Counted from the first letter of the stretch, positions 17,328 through 28,747 are shown. The stretch: 64,000 nt of DNA from Polyangiaceae bacterium (GCA_044376115.1 JBILLK010000019.1:64001-128000), one strand, 5' to 3'. Translations and numbers: made by a program. Notes: a model not told the origin generated them from the sequence alone.

Positions 17328-20230
17328 GCGCCGCCGCCGCGCAAACGCTCGAGTTCGTCCTCGACCCGTTCGGCGAGCTCCTTGTTTGCGGCGAGCCGTC
17401 TTCGCCAGGTTCGTTCGAGTCGCATCAGGTCGTTCCGTTGAACGCGCAACTCCTCCAAGGTTGTTCCAAGGCTGCCCGACTCTCTGGCGTATTGCAGCCG
17501 CGCATAGCCGAGTTCGTCGATTACGCCGCGCAGTTGGTTGAGCGCCTCGAGGTAGGCATCGTCGTAGCGCTCGAGCAGCGTGTTGTCCCCCGCTTGCGAG
17601 GCCTCGTCGATGGCCTTCAGATGTTCGCGCTCGAGCGTCGTCCAGCTGGCGTCATCGAGCCCGAACTGCGCCAAAACGGCGACCTTGTCGGCGTCTTTGA
17701 AGGAAAGCCGCGCTCGCAATGCGGCAGCGTCCTCGAGCTTTGGCGGTGCCGGTTCGGCCGCAGGCGTTGGCTGTGCTGGCGGCGCAACCTCGCCGAACGG
17801 CTCGTCGGCGGGCGGCGTCGGATCATCGGCGAAGCTGGCGTTCGATTGCGACGGCAACGGAGCCGGCGGAGGCTGGGCCGCAGGCTGGGCTGCTATCGGC
17901 GGCGGCGCGGGCTCGGAGACTTTGGGCTCCGCGCTGGCTGCGTCGACCGGGCGGTTTGGCTTCGGTGGTGGGACGAGGTTGAGTGGAACCGCGCTGGGCT
18001 TGGGCAGCGGGGGCGGCATCGGCGGGTCGGTGCTGGGCGCTGGCGTCAGCGTTGCGGGTCGCAACGAAGGAGGAACGACGATGGCTGCCGGTACCGACGG
18101 CGCGGGCGGTGGTACGCGTGCCGAGTGCGGCGCCTCATCGACGCGCATCGGCGCAGAAGGAACCGGCGGCGCCATCGGGATGCGCGGCGGGCTGAGCACC
18201 GGCGGTGCAACCGGTATGGCCGACAGCGCAGAAAGCACCGGCGGTGCAACCGGCGCTGAAGGAGATGCGGATGGCAGCGCTGAAACCGGAGGTGGCGGCG
18301 CGGAAGGCGTTGCCGGCGGAGCGACCGTGGCTGGCGGCGTCTGCACGATGGGCGGCGCAACGGGAGCTGGCGGCGGCGTGGTCGGCACGATGGGCGGCGC
18401 AACGGGAGCTGGCGGCGGCGTGGTCGGCGCGATGGGCGGCGCAACGGGAGCTGGCGGCGGCGCGGAAGGCATTGCGGGCGGCGCAATGGGAGCCGGCGGC
18501 GGCGTGGTCGGTACGGTGGGCGGCGCAACGGGAGCTGGCGGCGGCGTGGTCGGCACGATGGGCGGCGCAACGGGAGCCGGCGGCGCGACCATCGGTGGTG
18601 CGGCTGGTGGCGCCGCCGCTGGTTGCTTCGAGACGCTGAGCAGCGTTGGCTGCGCCGTGAGCTCCGACATCGACGGCGGAGCCGGCTCTCGCATCACGAA
18701 GGCGATCACAGGTGCAGGCGTCGGCCCGATCTCCGGAATTGGGCCGGGCGAAGCCCTTTGCACGTAAAGCGTCCGAATCGAATGGGGAGCCGTGGGTTCA
18801 ACCGCCAATGCCGACGGGGAAAACGGCAGAGCCATGCTCGGAGGCGCGGGCGGCATCGTCTCGTGCCGGGTGGGCAGCTCGAGCGCCATCGTCGGTTGCG
18901 GCGCGAGCCCGCGAGGGTAGCCCGGTGGGCTTGCTGCAAATCCGTTCCCGGCCCAGCCCGGTTCGGTGCGCGCGACGCTGCGATGATCGAACCCGCCACC
19001 GCCAAACGGCAGACCTCCGGGAGCTTCTGCGACCGGCGCTTCGAGTTCGATCTCTTGCGTGATGTGGCGTGGAGGCGGCGGCGGATAGCTGCCTTCGGCG
19101 GGCAATTCGCTGGTGACTTCGCTGGCGATCGGGCGTTGCAAGCCTGCTTGCTGCGGCTGCGCATATTGGCCGTACGCGCCGTAGGCGGGCGCCGAAGAGT
19201 GACCGCCGGCGAAGGGCATGACCGCGTGCCCGCCTCCTTGCTGGGTTTGCAACATCGTGGACGTCGAGAGCTGCTGCGGTTCGGGGCGCTTGTATTGGTC
19301 CACCTCGACGCGCAGCGCGAGCGGTTGATCGGGGCGCGCGATCGCGGCGGTCCCGCGATAGACAATCCACGCCGTCTCGCGATCCCCGTCGAGCCAGACG
19401 GTGTCACAACGAATGGGCACCTCGAAGGTGCTGCCGGTGGTGCCATCCACCCCGACGATGCGCGGCAACACGGAGGGGAGCTTGGTCGTAAAAACCGGAT
19501 GCATCGGGTGCAGGTTCTCGAGCACCACCGCGTCCCCAGGCGAGATGTTCACGACCTGCTGGTCTTGCGGTGCAACGTTGAAGAATTGGAAGTTGAAGCC
19601 CTCGGGCAGCGGGCCCGGCGCGCGGCCAGCCTCCAGCGCGGCGACCCAATAAACGCCAGCCGCATCGAGCAGGTTGTGCCGACTCGGGGCGGTCGGCGCG
19701 ACGGTCCCGGTCACAGCGCTGAAGGAGCCGCCGGCGGGTTCGAGGTTCGGCATCGCCAAGCGGCCTTCCACGGGAATTGCCGCAGGATCCAGCCCAACCG
19801 GGTTCTCCGCCGAGCGAATCGCCCGCTCCGGTGCCAGCAACATCTGCGAAAAGGGACGCGGCGGGCTGGAGCCCCAACGAGCGCCGTCTCGCATCCACAA
19901 GCGGTCACCGGTGATGGAGACGGCCTTGCTGAAGTCACCGATACGGATGCGGGCGATCAGCCGGTCTGCCTCGCTCGCAGGCGGAGCGTACGCTTTGCCG
20001 ACCACCACCACGTCGAGCTTGGGCTTGAAGGGCGCGAGCAGGTTGAGCCGCGCGACGAGCGTCTGCGTGTCGTCGTAACCGAGCGGAAGCTCTTCGGGGG
20101 CAACGAAGCTCGCCACTTGCCCTTGCGCCAACCGCACCGTTCCGTGGACCACTGCTGTCAATGCGTAGCGCCCGGGCTGTGACTCCCAAACGAAGTGCGC
20201 TAATCGAAAAAGCGAGGCAGGCGTGTCCAA
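17324..20230 (-). CDS. DUF2169 (T6SS adaptor-like) domain protein with long Pro-rich linker and helical C-terminal repeats
   Basis: PFKPKLDVVVVGKAYAP, GDRLW, ENPVG, FFNVAPQDQQ, LENLHP, CDTVWLD. Confidence 0.8.
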   Translation of the reverse strand: MDTPASLFRLAHFVWESQPGRYALTAVVHGTVRLAQGQVASFVAPEELPLGYDDTQTLVARLNLLAPFKPKLDVVVVGKAYAPPASEADRLIARIRIGDFSKAVSITGDRLWMRDGARWGSSPPRPFSQMLLAPERAIRSAENPVGLDPAAIPVEGRLAMPNLEPAGGSFSAVTGTVAPTAPSRHNLLDAAGVYWVAALEAGRAPGPLPEGFNFQFFNVAPQDQQVVNISPGDAVVLENLHPMHPVFTTKLPSVLPRIVGVDGTTGSTFEVPIRCDTVWLDGDRETAWIVYRGTAAIARPDQPLALRVEVDQYKRPEPQQLSTSTMLQTQQGGGHAVMPFAGGHSSAPAYGAYGQYAQPQQAGLQRPIASEVTSELPAEGSYPPPPPRHITQEIELEAPVAEAPGGLPFGGGGFDHRSVARTEPGWAGNGFAASPPGYPRGLAPQPTMALELPTRHETMPPAPPSMALPFSPSALAVEPTAPHSIRTLYVQRASPGPIPEIGPTPAPVIAFVMREPAPPSMSELTAQPTLLSVSKQPAAAPPAAPPMVAPPAPVAPPIVPTTPPPAPVAPPTVPTTPPPAPIAPPAMPSAPPPAPVAPPIAPTTPPPAPVAPPIVPTTPPPAPVAPPIVQTPPATVAPPATPSAPPPPVSALPSASPSAPVAPPVLSALSAIPVAPPVLSPPRIPMAPPVPSAPMRVDEAPHSARVPPPAPSVPAAIVVPPSLRPATLTPAPSTDPPMPPPLPKPSAVPLNLVPPPKPNRPVDAASAEPKVSEPAPPPIAAQPAAQPPPAPLPSQSNASFADDPTPPADEPFGEVAPPAQPTPAAEPAPPKLEDAAALRARLSFKDADKVAVLAQFGLDDASWTTLEREHLKAIDEASQAGDNTLLERYDDAYLEALNQLRGVIDELGYARLQYARESGSLGTTLEELRVQRNDLMRLERTWRRRLAANKELAERVEDELERLRGGGA
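18351..18585. repeat. 42-bp coding tandem repeat (about 5.5 copies; PPIVPTTPPPAPVA)
   Basis: Unit GGCGGCGCAACGGGAGCTGGCGGCGGCGTGGTCGGCACGATG recurs at 18351, 18393, 18435, 18477, 18519 and partially 18561. Confidence 0.9.
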
Positions 20231-20259
20231 CGGCCGGGAAGGATACCAGGAGTTCCCCT

Positions 20260-20982
20260 ATGAAGAAGCGCATCTTGGTCGTGGAAGATGAAGTGCACAT
20301 CCGCGAGGTCGTGGAGTATGCGCTTGGCCGAGAGGGCTGGGAGGTCGTCTGCCACGCCGATGGCAAGCGTGCGCTCGAGGACGCGCTGACGAACGGCTAT
20401 CACGCGATCGTCCTCGACGTGATGGTGCCAGAGCTCGATGGCTTGAGCATTTGCCGGCAGCTGCGCTCGTCGAAGACGCGTGCGGCGCGTACGCCGGTGC
20501 TCTTTCTATCGGCGCGCAGTGAAGAGGTGGACCGCATCGTCGGCCTCGAGCTGGGCGGGGATGACTACTTAACCAAGCCTTTTTCGCCTCGGGAGCTCGT
20601 CGCGCGGGTGCGCGCCTTGCTGCGGCGCGCCGAGCTGAGCCTGGAGGCGCCCACCATCGAGACCACGATGCGCAGCCTGACTCACGGTCCGATCGAGCTG
20701 CTGCTCGAGGCGCGCGAGGTCCGCTGCGCGGGGCGGGCTGTGACGCTCACCAAGGCCGAGTTTGATCTATTGTCGGCGCTCTTGGAACGGCCGGGCGTGG
20801 TGCTCAGTCGCACCCAGCTCAAGCTGCGGATGCAGCTCGCCGACGAGGATGGGGAAGGGGAGCGAGGCGTTGATACGCACGTCAAACGCATCCGAGCGAA
20901 GTTCCGCCCGGCCGGCCTCGACCCGATCGCTACGGTTCACGGCGTGGGTTACCGAGCGAGCGCCGTCGAGGAACTGTGCTGA
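20260..20982 (+). CDS. OmpR-family response regulator
   Basis: ILVVEDE, LDVMVP, FLSAR, DDYLTKPFSPREL, winged-helix VDTHVKRIR...TVHGVGY; AGGAG RBS. Confidence 0.95.
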   Translation: MKKRILVVEDEVHIREVVEYALGREGWEVVCHADGKRALEDALTNGYHAIVLDVMVPELDGLSICRQLRSSKTRAARTPVLFLSARSEEVDRIVGLELGGDDYLTKPFSPRELVARVRALLRRAELSLEAPTIETTMRSLTHGPIELLLEAREVRCAGRAVTLTKAEFDLLSALLERPGVVLSRTQLKLRMQLADEDGEGERGVDTHVKRIRAKFRPAGLDPIATVHGVGYRASAVEELC

Positions 20983-22439
20983 GACGGCTGCTTGGTCGCA
21001 TCAGCGTACGCCTGCTGATCGTCAACCTGTTGGTCGTGCTGGTGCCGGTCGCGGGCCTCGAGTTCGCGAAGATCTTCGAGGTCCAGCTGCTCAATTCGCT
21101 GGAGCGCGACATGCGCAACCAGTCCGCCTTGCTGCGCGCCGAGGTTGAGGCCGACCTCGCGGCGGACCCCTCGCTCTCCTTCTTCGACCGCGCCGCCAAC
21201 GGTGAGGCGGCGCTCGCGCAAGCCGCGCGTTCGACGCGTACGCGCATCCGGCTCGTGGACTTCGACGGTGCGGTGGTGAGCGACTCGCACGTCGAAGGTC
21301 CGCCCGAGGGCGTCGAACCGAAGGCGCCGCGCATGTTGCCGGAGGTCGAGCTGCTCGACAGCGCGCCACGTTCGGGCGAGCGTTGGCCGAGCGTTCCGGC
21401 GCGCGATGAGGTGCTCGGCGCGCTGGCCGGCACGCTCGCGACCAAGACGCGCTTCCGCGAAAAGTCGCCCGGCGTTTTTCTGTTTCTGGCTGAGCCGGTG
21501 ACGGTGCGCGGCGAGGTCCGAGGCGCGGTGTACGTCACGCGTTCGACCCAGCCGGTCTTGGTCGAGCTTTACCGCATTCGCTCGGGCCTAGTGCGCGTGA
21601 TGATCGTCGCCTTGCTCTTGGCCGGCGCTGTCACGCTGGCGCTCGCCTACGACCTTTCGCGGCCGCTCACTGCCTTGGTGCGGGCCTCGCGCGAGGTGGA
21701 GCGCGGCAACCTCGACGCGGAGATCCGCGTCGCGGGTCGAGGCGAGGTGCGTGAGCTGTGCGAGGCGTTCGCTCGGCTGCGCGACCGCCTCGTCGCTCGG
21801 CTGCGCTTTGCGCGCGAGTTTGCCACCGACGTCGCGCACGAGTTCAAGTCGCCGCTCACCTCGATCCGCGGGGCCGCGGAGCTGCTGCGAGACGGAGCTT
21901 GGGAGGAGACGGCGTCGCGCGAGCTGTTCCTGAAGAACGTGCTCAGCGAGACCGAACGCTTGCGCGGGCTCACCGAGCGGCTGCTTCTGCTCGGTCGCAT
22001 CGAGGCGCGCGAACAGCCGCGAGTGAAGGTTGATTTCGCTGAGCTCGTCGCCGCAGAGGCAGCGCGCTTCAGCGACCTCGAGTTGCAGCTCCCCGCGCAC
22101 GCGCCGGTCCTCGGCCGCGAAGCCGATCTGCGGATGGCCGTGGCGAACCTGCTCGAGAACGCGCAGCACCATCGGAGCAAGGCGCCGGTGAAGGTCGCTC
22201 TCCGCGCGGCCGGCTCGCAACTTCAACTCAGCGTCGAGAACGACGGCCCCGGCATTAGCCCCGCCAACCAAGCCAAGATCTTTGGGCGCTTCTTCACCAC
22301 ACGCAGGGAGCAAGGTGGCTCGGGTTTGGGCTTGGCGATCGTCCGGTCGGTGGCCGAGGCTCACGGCGGCGGCGCAGACTTCACGAGCGAGGAGGGACGC
22401 ACCGAGTTCCGCCTGCTCTTGCCGCTGTCCCGGCTCTGA
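20976..22439 (+). CDS. Membrane sensor histidine kinase (CreC/ChvG-like)
   Basis: 2 TM, HAMP, AHEFKSPLTSI H-box, NLLENA, DGPGI, FFTT, GSGLGLAIV. Confidence 0.95.
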   Translation: MLRRLLGRISVRLLIVNLLVVLVPVAGLEFAKIFEVQLLNSLERDMRNQSALLRAEVEADLAADPSLSFFDRAANGEAALAQAARSTRTRIRLVDFDGAVVSDSHVEGPPEGVEPKAPRMLPEVELLDSAPRSGERWPSVPARDEVLGALAGTLATKTRFREKSPGVFLFLAEPVTVRGEVRGAVYVTRSTQPVLVELYRIRSGLVRVMIVALLLAGAVTLALAYDLSRPLTALVRASREVERGNLDAEIRVAGRGEVRELCEAFARLRDRLVARLRFAREFATDVAHEFKSPLTSIRGAAELLRDGAWEETASRELFLKNVLSETERLRGLTERLLLLGRIEAREQPRVKVDFAELVAAEAARFSDLELQLPAHAPVLGREADLRMAVANLLENAQHHRSKAPVKVALRAAGSQLQLSVENDGPGISPANQAKIFGRFFTTRREQGGSGLGLAIVRSVAEAHGGGADFTSEEGRTEFRLLLPLSRL

Positions 22440-22480
22440 TGCCCGGCGAAGAAAAATCGTGCGCACGACCCCAAAGTCTC

Positions 22481-22517
22481 TTGACTTGAATCACGACCTT
22501 AGAGAAAGTGCGCCCGC
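22481..22517 (+). promoter_or_regulatory. Putative sigma70 stable-RNA promoter for the tRNA pair
   Basis: TTGACT (22481)-17 bp-GAAAGT (22504), then GC-rich discriminator GCGCCCGC. Confidence 0.5.
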
Positions 22518-22598
22518 TTGTTAGGGCGCAGCCCGATGCAAGCGCGTCAGGTTGACGCTGGTCCGCCGTCCTTCGGCAAGCAGCGTCTCAGGGTCCCT

Positions 22599-22672
22599 TG
22601 GGGGATCGTCTAATGGCAGGACGCAAGACTCTGACTCTTGCTATCAAGGTTCGAATCCTTGTCCCCCAGCCA
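22599..22672 (+). tRNA. tRNA-Gln (anticodon CTG)
   Basis: Acceptor TGGGGGA/TCCCCCA, anticodon arm CAAGA-CT-CTG-AC-TCTTG, GGTTCGAATCC, encoded CCA. Confidence 0.97.
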
Positions 22673-22751
22673 ACCTCGTACTCTTAGTTTTCTCTTTATC
22701 TTCTCTTCTTAACGTTCTATCTCGGTCATCTTTTCTTAGCTCGGCAAGCTG

Positions 22752-22826
22752 GGTCCCATCGTCTAGCGGTTAGGACATCGGCCTCTCACGCCGGTAACGC
22801 GGGTTCGATTCCCGCTGGGATCGCCA
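22752..22826 (+). tRNA. tRNA-Glu (anticodon CTC)
   Basis: Acceptor GGTCCCA/TGGGATC, anticodon arm TCGGC-CT-CTC-AC-GCCGG, GGTTCGATTCC, encoded CCA. Confidence 0.97.
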
Positions 22827-22851
22827 AAAGTGAGAAGCCCGCAAGGGCACT

Positions 22852-22881
22852 AAAGACCACCCACCCGGGTGGTTTTTTTTT
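22852..22881 (+). terminator. Rho-independent terminator of the tRNA operon
   Basis: ACCACCC/GGGTGGT stem followed by a long T run. Confidence 0.9.
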
Positions 22882-22974
22882 GCCTTTGGGCCGACGCAGG
22901 CCCCGGCGCGTGGCCCATGTTTGTCACTCGGAGGGCCAGGTGGCTAGATCGTATTCTTAAGCTGCGGATGCCCC

Positions 22975-23002
22975 TTGACGGACTTCTCGAACGGATTACG
23001 TT
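22975..23002 (+). promoter_or_regulatory. Putative sigma70 promoter of groESL
   Basis: TTGACG (22975)-16 bp-TACGTT (22997), immediately upstream of CIRCE. Confidence 0.5.
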
Positions 23003-23010
23003 CCGCGCCG

Positions 23011-23037
23011 CTAGCAGTCACCGCGGGTGAGTGCCAA
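23011..23037 (+). promoter_or_regulatory. CIRCE element (HrcA operator)
   Basis: CTAGCAGTC-N9-GAGTGCCAA vs consensus TTAGCACTC-N9-GAGTGCTAA, 60 bp before groES. Confidence 0.85.
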
Positions 23038-23096
23038 ACACTGGCCCGGCTGGGAGACTGCGCAGTTTTACAACACCTTGAGAGGTTGGGACGACA

Positions 23097-23387
23097 ATGA
23101 ACATCAGGCCGCTTCAGGACCGAATCGTGGTTAAGCGCATCGAGGGTGAGAGCAAGACCAAGGGCGGGATCATCATCCCCGACTCTGCCAAAGAGAAGCC
23201 GATTGAGGGGACTGTCGTCGCTGTCGGAAATGGCAAAGCCCTCAAAGACGGCAAGGTCCGTCCGGTTGAGGTGAAGGTCGGCGACACGATCCTCTTCGGC
23301 AAGTACAGCGGCACCGAGATCAAGCTCGACGGTGTCGAACACATCATCATTCGCGAGGATGACATCCTCGCCGTCACCAACGCCTGA
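23097..23387 (+). CDS. groES: Co-chaperonin GroES
   Basis: [13 protein letters not shown]...[13 protein letters not shown]...KYSGTE. Confidence 0.99.
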   Translation: MNIRPLQDRIVVKRIEGESKTKGGIIIPDSAKEKPIEGTVVAVGNGKALKDGKVRPVEVKVGDTILFGKYSGTEIKLDGVEHIIIREDDILAVTNA

Positions 23388-23401
23388 ACAGGAAGATCGC
23401 C

Positions 23402-25078
<1,677 letters not shown>

Positions 25079-25135
25079 GCCCCGCGTAGGCGCTCACGGT
25101 TCGTACCTCGGACCGAGCGCCTCTGCTCTGCTTGG

Positions 25136-25174
25136 AAAGGCCGTTGCGGGCACACCGCAGCGGCCTTTTTCTTT
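25136..25174 (+). terminator. Rho-independent terminator of groESL
   Basis: AAAGGCCGTTGCGG / CCGCAGCGGCCTTT stem with following TTCTTT. Confidence 0.85.
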
Positions 25175-25283
25175 GGGCCGCAGGCAGAGACCGATGCCGT
25201 CGCCAGCCAAGCTTTGAAGGTTACGCGCGACCGCGACGCCGGAACTGTCAACCTCGGTCGAGATCGGGCTATCCTCCCGCGCC

Positions 25284-25955
25284 ATGACGGATACTCCGCG
25301 AAGTGGGCGAGAGTTTGAGCCTGGGGAGGTGCTCTTCCGCGAGGGGGAGCCGGGCGAGCTGATGTACGTCATCCAAGCGGGCTCGGTGAAGATCTCCAAG
25401 TCGGTGAACGGGGAGGAGAAGCTGTTGGCGTCGCTTGGCCCAGGGGAATTTTTCGGGGAGATGGCGCTGCTCAACGGTAAGCCGCGGAGCGCTACTGCCA
25501 CGGTGCTGCAAGCAACTCGCTGCCTCGTGATCGACTCGCGGACGCTCGAGGAGATGCTCGCTCGCAACGCAGAGATCGCGCTGCGCCTGATCAAGAAGTT
25601 GGCGATGCGTTTGGACTCGGCAGACTCCCTGATCGAGATCTTGCTGCATCGCGATCCGAAGGCGCGGGTGCTCCTCGCGCTCTCACGGCACGCGCAAGCG
25701 AGCGGTGAAGAGTGTTCAGAAGGCGTTCGCGTCCGCGTCTCGGTGGAGGATCTCGCTCGCGACGCAGCCGCCGACGTCCGCGTGGTCGAAGACATGATGG
25801 GTCGCATTCGTCGCTTGGGGATCGCGCGGGACTTTGCGGAGGGCGTGATCGTGACCGATCTCGAGCGGCTGCGGGACTTCCTCGAGTTCTTGGAGACGCT
25901 GCGACCGCCGGAGCCATCGATCCCGCCGTCAGCGGGCAGTGGAGAAGCATCCTGA
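25284..25955 (+). CDS. Crp/Fnr-family cyclic-nucleotide-binding regulator
   Basis: LFREGEPG..MYVIQAG, GEFFGEMALL...PRSATA phosphate-binding cassette, C-terminal HTH-like segment. Confidence 0.9.
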   Translation: MTDTPRSGREFEPGEVLFREGEPGELMYVIQAGSVKISKSVNGEEKLLASLGPGEFFGEMALLNGKPRSATATVLQATRCLVIDSRTLEEMLARNAEIALRLIKKLAMRLDSADSLIEILLHRDPKARVLLALSRHAQASGEECSEGVRVRVSVEDLARDAAADVRVVEDMMGRIRRLGIARDFAEGVIVTDLERLRDFLEFLETLRPPEPSIPPSAGSGEAS

Positions 25956-26725
25956 TGGAGCTTTATGTGGTGGGCTGTCACGGTGGAGAAACGCCCAAGC
26001 ACCGTGCGAGCACCTTCCTTCTCGACCAGACGCTGGCGATCGACGCGGGCTCTGTCACGCGCGGCTTGGAGCTCGATGGTCAGGCCCGGCTCGAGGCCTG
26101 TTTGGTCAGCCACGCTCACGTGGACCACGTCAGGGACCTGGCCACGCTCGCCGACAACCGCTGTCAAATGCGATGTGCACCGCTGGTCGTAGCTGGCATG
26201 TCGTCGACCATCGCGGCGCTCAAGCGGCACTTCTTCAATGGCTTGATCTGGCCCGACTTCAGTCGAATTCCTTGCGGCCCGCACGGCATGACGATCGAGT
26301 TCGTCGAGCTCGAGCCGGAGGTCCCAACGATCGTAGCCGGGCGTCGAGTCACGGCGGTGGAGGTCTCGCACACGATCGATTGCAGCGGCTTCGTCGTCGA
26401 ACACAAGGGGGAGGCCATCGCGTACTCCGGAGATACCGGCCCCACCGAGCGCTTGTGGCAAGTGCTTTCAGGCGTGAAGAACCTGAAGGCGCTGCTGCTG
26501 GAAGTCAGCTTTCCCGACCGTGAAGAGGGGCTCGCCACCGTCTCTGGTCACTACACGCCGAAGACGCTTGCCGCCGATCTCAAGAAGCTCGCCGGGCAGC
26601 GCGACTTGCCGACGCTGCTCTATCACATCAAGCCGTTCTACCAGAAAGAGGTCGAGCAGGAATGTGCCCGCCTGGCAGGCTTGAGCTTGGAGATCCCCAA
26701 CCTCGAGGATCTGTTTCAGCTCTAG
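25955..26725 (+). CDS. Class II 3',5'-cyclic-nucleotide phosphodiesterase (MBL fold)
   Basis: GCHGG, IDAGS, SHAHVDH, YSGDTGP, EVSFP, SGHYTP, YHIKP; TGATG coupling to the upstream gene. Confidence 0.85.
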   Translation: MELYVVGCHGGETPKHRASTFLLDQTLAIDAGSVTRGLELDGQARLEACLVSHAHVDHVRDLATLADNRCQMRCAPLVVAGMSSTIAALKRHFFNGLIWPDFSRIPCGPHGMTIEFVELEPEVPTIVAGRRVTAVEVSHTIDCSGFVVEHKGEAIAYSGDTGPTERLWQVLSGVKNLKALLLEVSFPDREEGLATVSGHYTPKTLAADLKKLAGQRDLPTLLYHIKPFYQKEVEQECARLAGLSLEIPNLEDLFQL

Positions 26726-26755
26726 CGGCGCTGGCTTGAGTCGACGCGCGGGGCT

Positions 26756-28747
26756 TCAGTACGGGTCTTCGGCCTTGCGGCCAACGATCGGCTCGAGCGC
26801 CATGACGAAGCTCATGTTGCCGTTCAGCTTGAACTTGCGCTTCTGCGTCTTGTAGCCGCCGGCCTCGATGCGCAGCTCGTGCTCTACGCCGTCGCGAACC
26901 AGCGTTCGCTTGAACGGCTTGGTGAGCAGCGTCCCGTCGAGGTAAACCTGGGCGTAGCGAGGGGATACCTCAACCTCGAGCACCACCGACTCATCGACCG
27001 CCGCCGTTTGCGTTGGAGGCGCGGTTGGAACCACGGCGGTGACCGGCGTTTGCGTGGGAACGCTTGTCGGCGGCGCGGTCTGCACGCTCGAGGGACCACT
27101 TTCAGCGGTGTTGCTCGGGCGCGTGATCGGCTGGCCCGCCGGAGGGACGCTTGGACGGAAGAACACAGCGTATAGGCTGACCGCGCTGGCTAGCAGCGCC
27201 GTGCCTGCGAGCACGATCACGAGCAGCGAGGACTTGCGTTGACCAGGCTCCAGCTCCGCTTCACGGATGGGTGCGGGGCGCAGCTTGCGCAGCTCGTCGA
27301 GGACCTTCGGGTCCAGCGCGACGATGGAATTGCGCGGCGAGTCCTCTTCCGCCTGGTCGTCCTGCTCTGGGCCGCGCTCTTCCGAGGGTTGCTCCGAAAT
27401 GTTCGCCTTGGGCAGCTTGCTTTTGGGGCGCGTGTCCTCCCCAGCGTCCACGCTCCCAGCGAGCGGGGCTTGCTCGGTCGAAGGCTCGGGTAGCTCAGCC
27501 GGAGCGGCTACCGGGGGCTCGCTTTCGGGCGGTGGCATCGGCGGCGGCGCTTCCGACTCCATCCGGTCAATCAGGTTGAGCAACAGCTCCGGTTTGGAGC
27601 TTGGGTTGGGCGGTGGAGCCTCCGAATCGAGCTCGGCCCGAAGGTCGCGTCGAGCAATCGGCGTAGTGATCCGCGGCTTTGGGTTGGGCGGAAGCAGCGG
27701 CTCGAGCAGGGAGTTGCGGTCACGAAGCTTCGCCAGGTGGGCTGCGACCTCCCCCGGGTCGGGTAGGGTGGCGCGCTCCAACTGCTGCGCCAGCTCGTCG
27801 CGCTCGTCGAAGCTCGCTTGTTCGAGCACTGCCCGCGGCGAAGGGGTCTTGGCGTTGTGGACCTCCTCTGCCGCGCGCGGCGTTGCCCCGACGGCGATGA
27901 TCACCCCGCTTAGCCGGCGCTTGACCGTCTCGTTGCTCGGACTCGAGAGCATGCCCACGCCGAAGCCCGCCGAACGAGCCGATACACGCAGCGCGAGAAT
28001 GCCCTCATTGCAAAGCTGGGTCACCATCTGCAGCGTGCGAACGCGGCCAACCGGCGACTTCTCCAGCAGCTCGCCCAACGTTGCGGCCTGCCGTGCCAGT
28101 CGCAGCAAGGCGAGCAGGTTGGGAGAGAGCCCGTTGCGCGATTCACTGCCCACCACGATCACCTCGGATGCGGGAGGCCCTAGCTCGTGCAGAAGTTGGG
28201 TCGCCGCAGCGTCCTCGGCCACTTCGATCGCTTTGACGATGGTGAGGTTGCGCGGGTAACGCTCGCGATGGCCCTGCAGTTTCTTGAGCGCAGCCTCGTA
28301 TTCACCGCACATCACATGCTTGAACAGGCTCGGTCGATCGTCTTCGGGCATCCACGCCAAGAGCGGTTCCAACGCTGAAAGCACGCTCGCCGGATCTTTG
28401 GGCGGCGGACCCTTCGAGCGTTGCGCCTTTTGCTGCACGACCGAAGCGGCCGGCCGGGCTTTGGGCGTGGGCATCGGCGGGCGCGGCTCACCGAGCGGCC
28501 GACCTCGCAAACTCTCCATCACCGCCGCACGTCCGTTATCGGCAGCTTTGGTCGCTCCCATCACGCCGGAGAAGGGAAAGAGCTTGAGCGTCTTGCGCTT
28601 GGGCGCTCCGGTCTCGTCGACCTCGCTGACCTCCACGGTCGGGTCGTCGCTCTCGACCGCCTTCGCTGCCTCACCGCGTCCGTCCTCGGCGGAACCCAGT
28701 ACGCTGGGTAAGTCGTCATCTTTTTCGACGGTCGAGGGGGGAGCCAC
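26756..28747 (-). CDS. Bitopic Pro-rich membrane protein with C-terminal PEGA domain
   Basis: TM LLVIVLAGTALLASAVSLYAVFF; VSPRYAQVYLDG...HELRIEAGGY PEGA pattern; internal winged-helix-like segment. Confidence 0.75.
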   Translation of the reverse strand: MAPPSTVEKDDDLPSVLGSAEDGRGEAAKAVESDDPTVEVSEVDETGAPKRKTLKLFPFSGVMGATKAADNGRAAVMESLRGRPLGEPRPPMPTPKARPAASVVQQKAQRSKGPPPKDPASVLSALEPLLAWMPEDDRPSLFKHVMCGEYEAALKKLQGHRERYPRNLTIVKAIEVAEDAAATQLLHELGPPASEVIVVGSESRNGLSPNLLALLRLARQAATLGELLEKSPVGRVRTLQMVTQLCNEGILALRVSARSAGFGVGMLSSPSNETVKRRLSGVIIAVGATPRAAEEVHNAKTPSPRAVLEQASFDERDELAQQLERATLPDPGEVAAHLAKLRDRNSLLEPLLPPNPKPRITTPIARRDLRAELDSEAPPPNPSSKPELLLNLIDRMESEAPPPMPPPESEPPVAAPAELPEPSTEQAPLAGSVDAGEDTRPKSKLPKANISEQPSEERGPEQDDQAEEDSPRNSIVALDPKVLDELRKLRPAPIREAELEPGQRKSSLLVIVLAGTALLASAVSLYAVFFRPSVPPAGQPITRPSNTAESGPSSVQTAPPTSVPTQTPVTAVVPTAPPTQTAAVDESVVLEVEVSPRYAQVYLDGTLLTKPFKRTLVRDGVEHELRIEAGGYKTQKRKFKLNGNMSFVMALEPIVGRKAEDPY

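Noticed and set aside
18351..18585. Possible CRISPR array
   Set aside because: Contiguous in-frame coding repeats with no unique spacers and no cas genes
22599..22900. tRNAs as an island integration site
   Set aside because: No integrase, and no duplicated tRNA 3' end seen in the window
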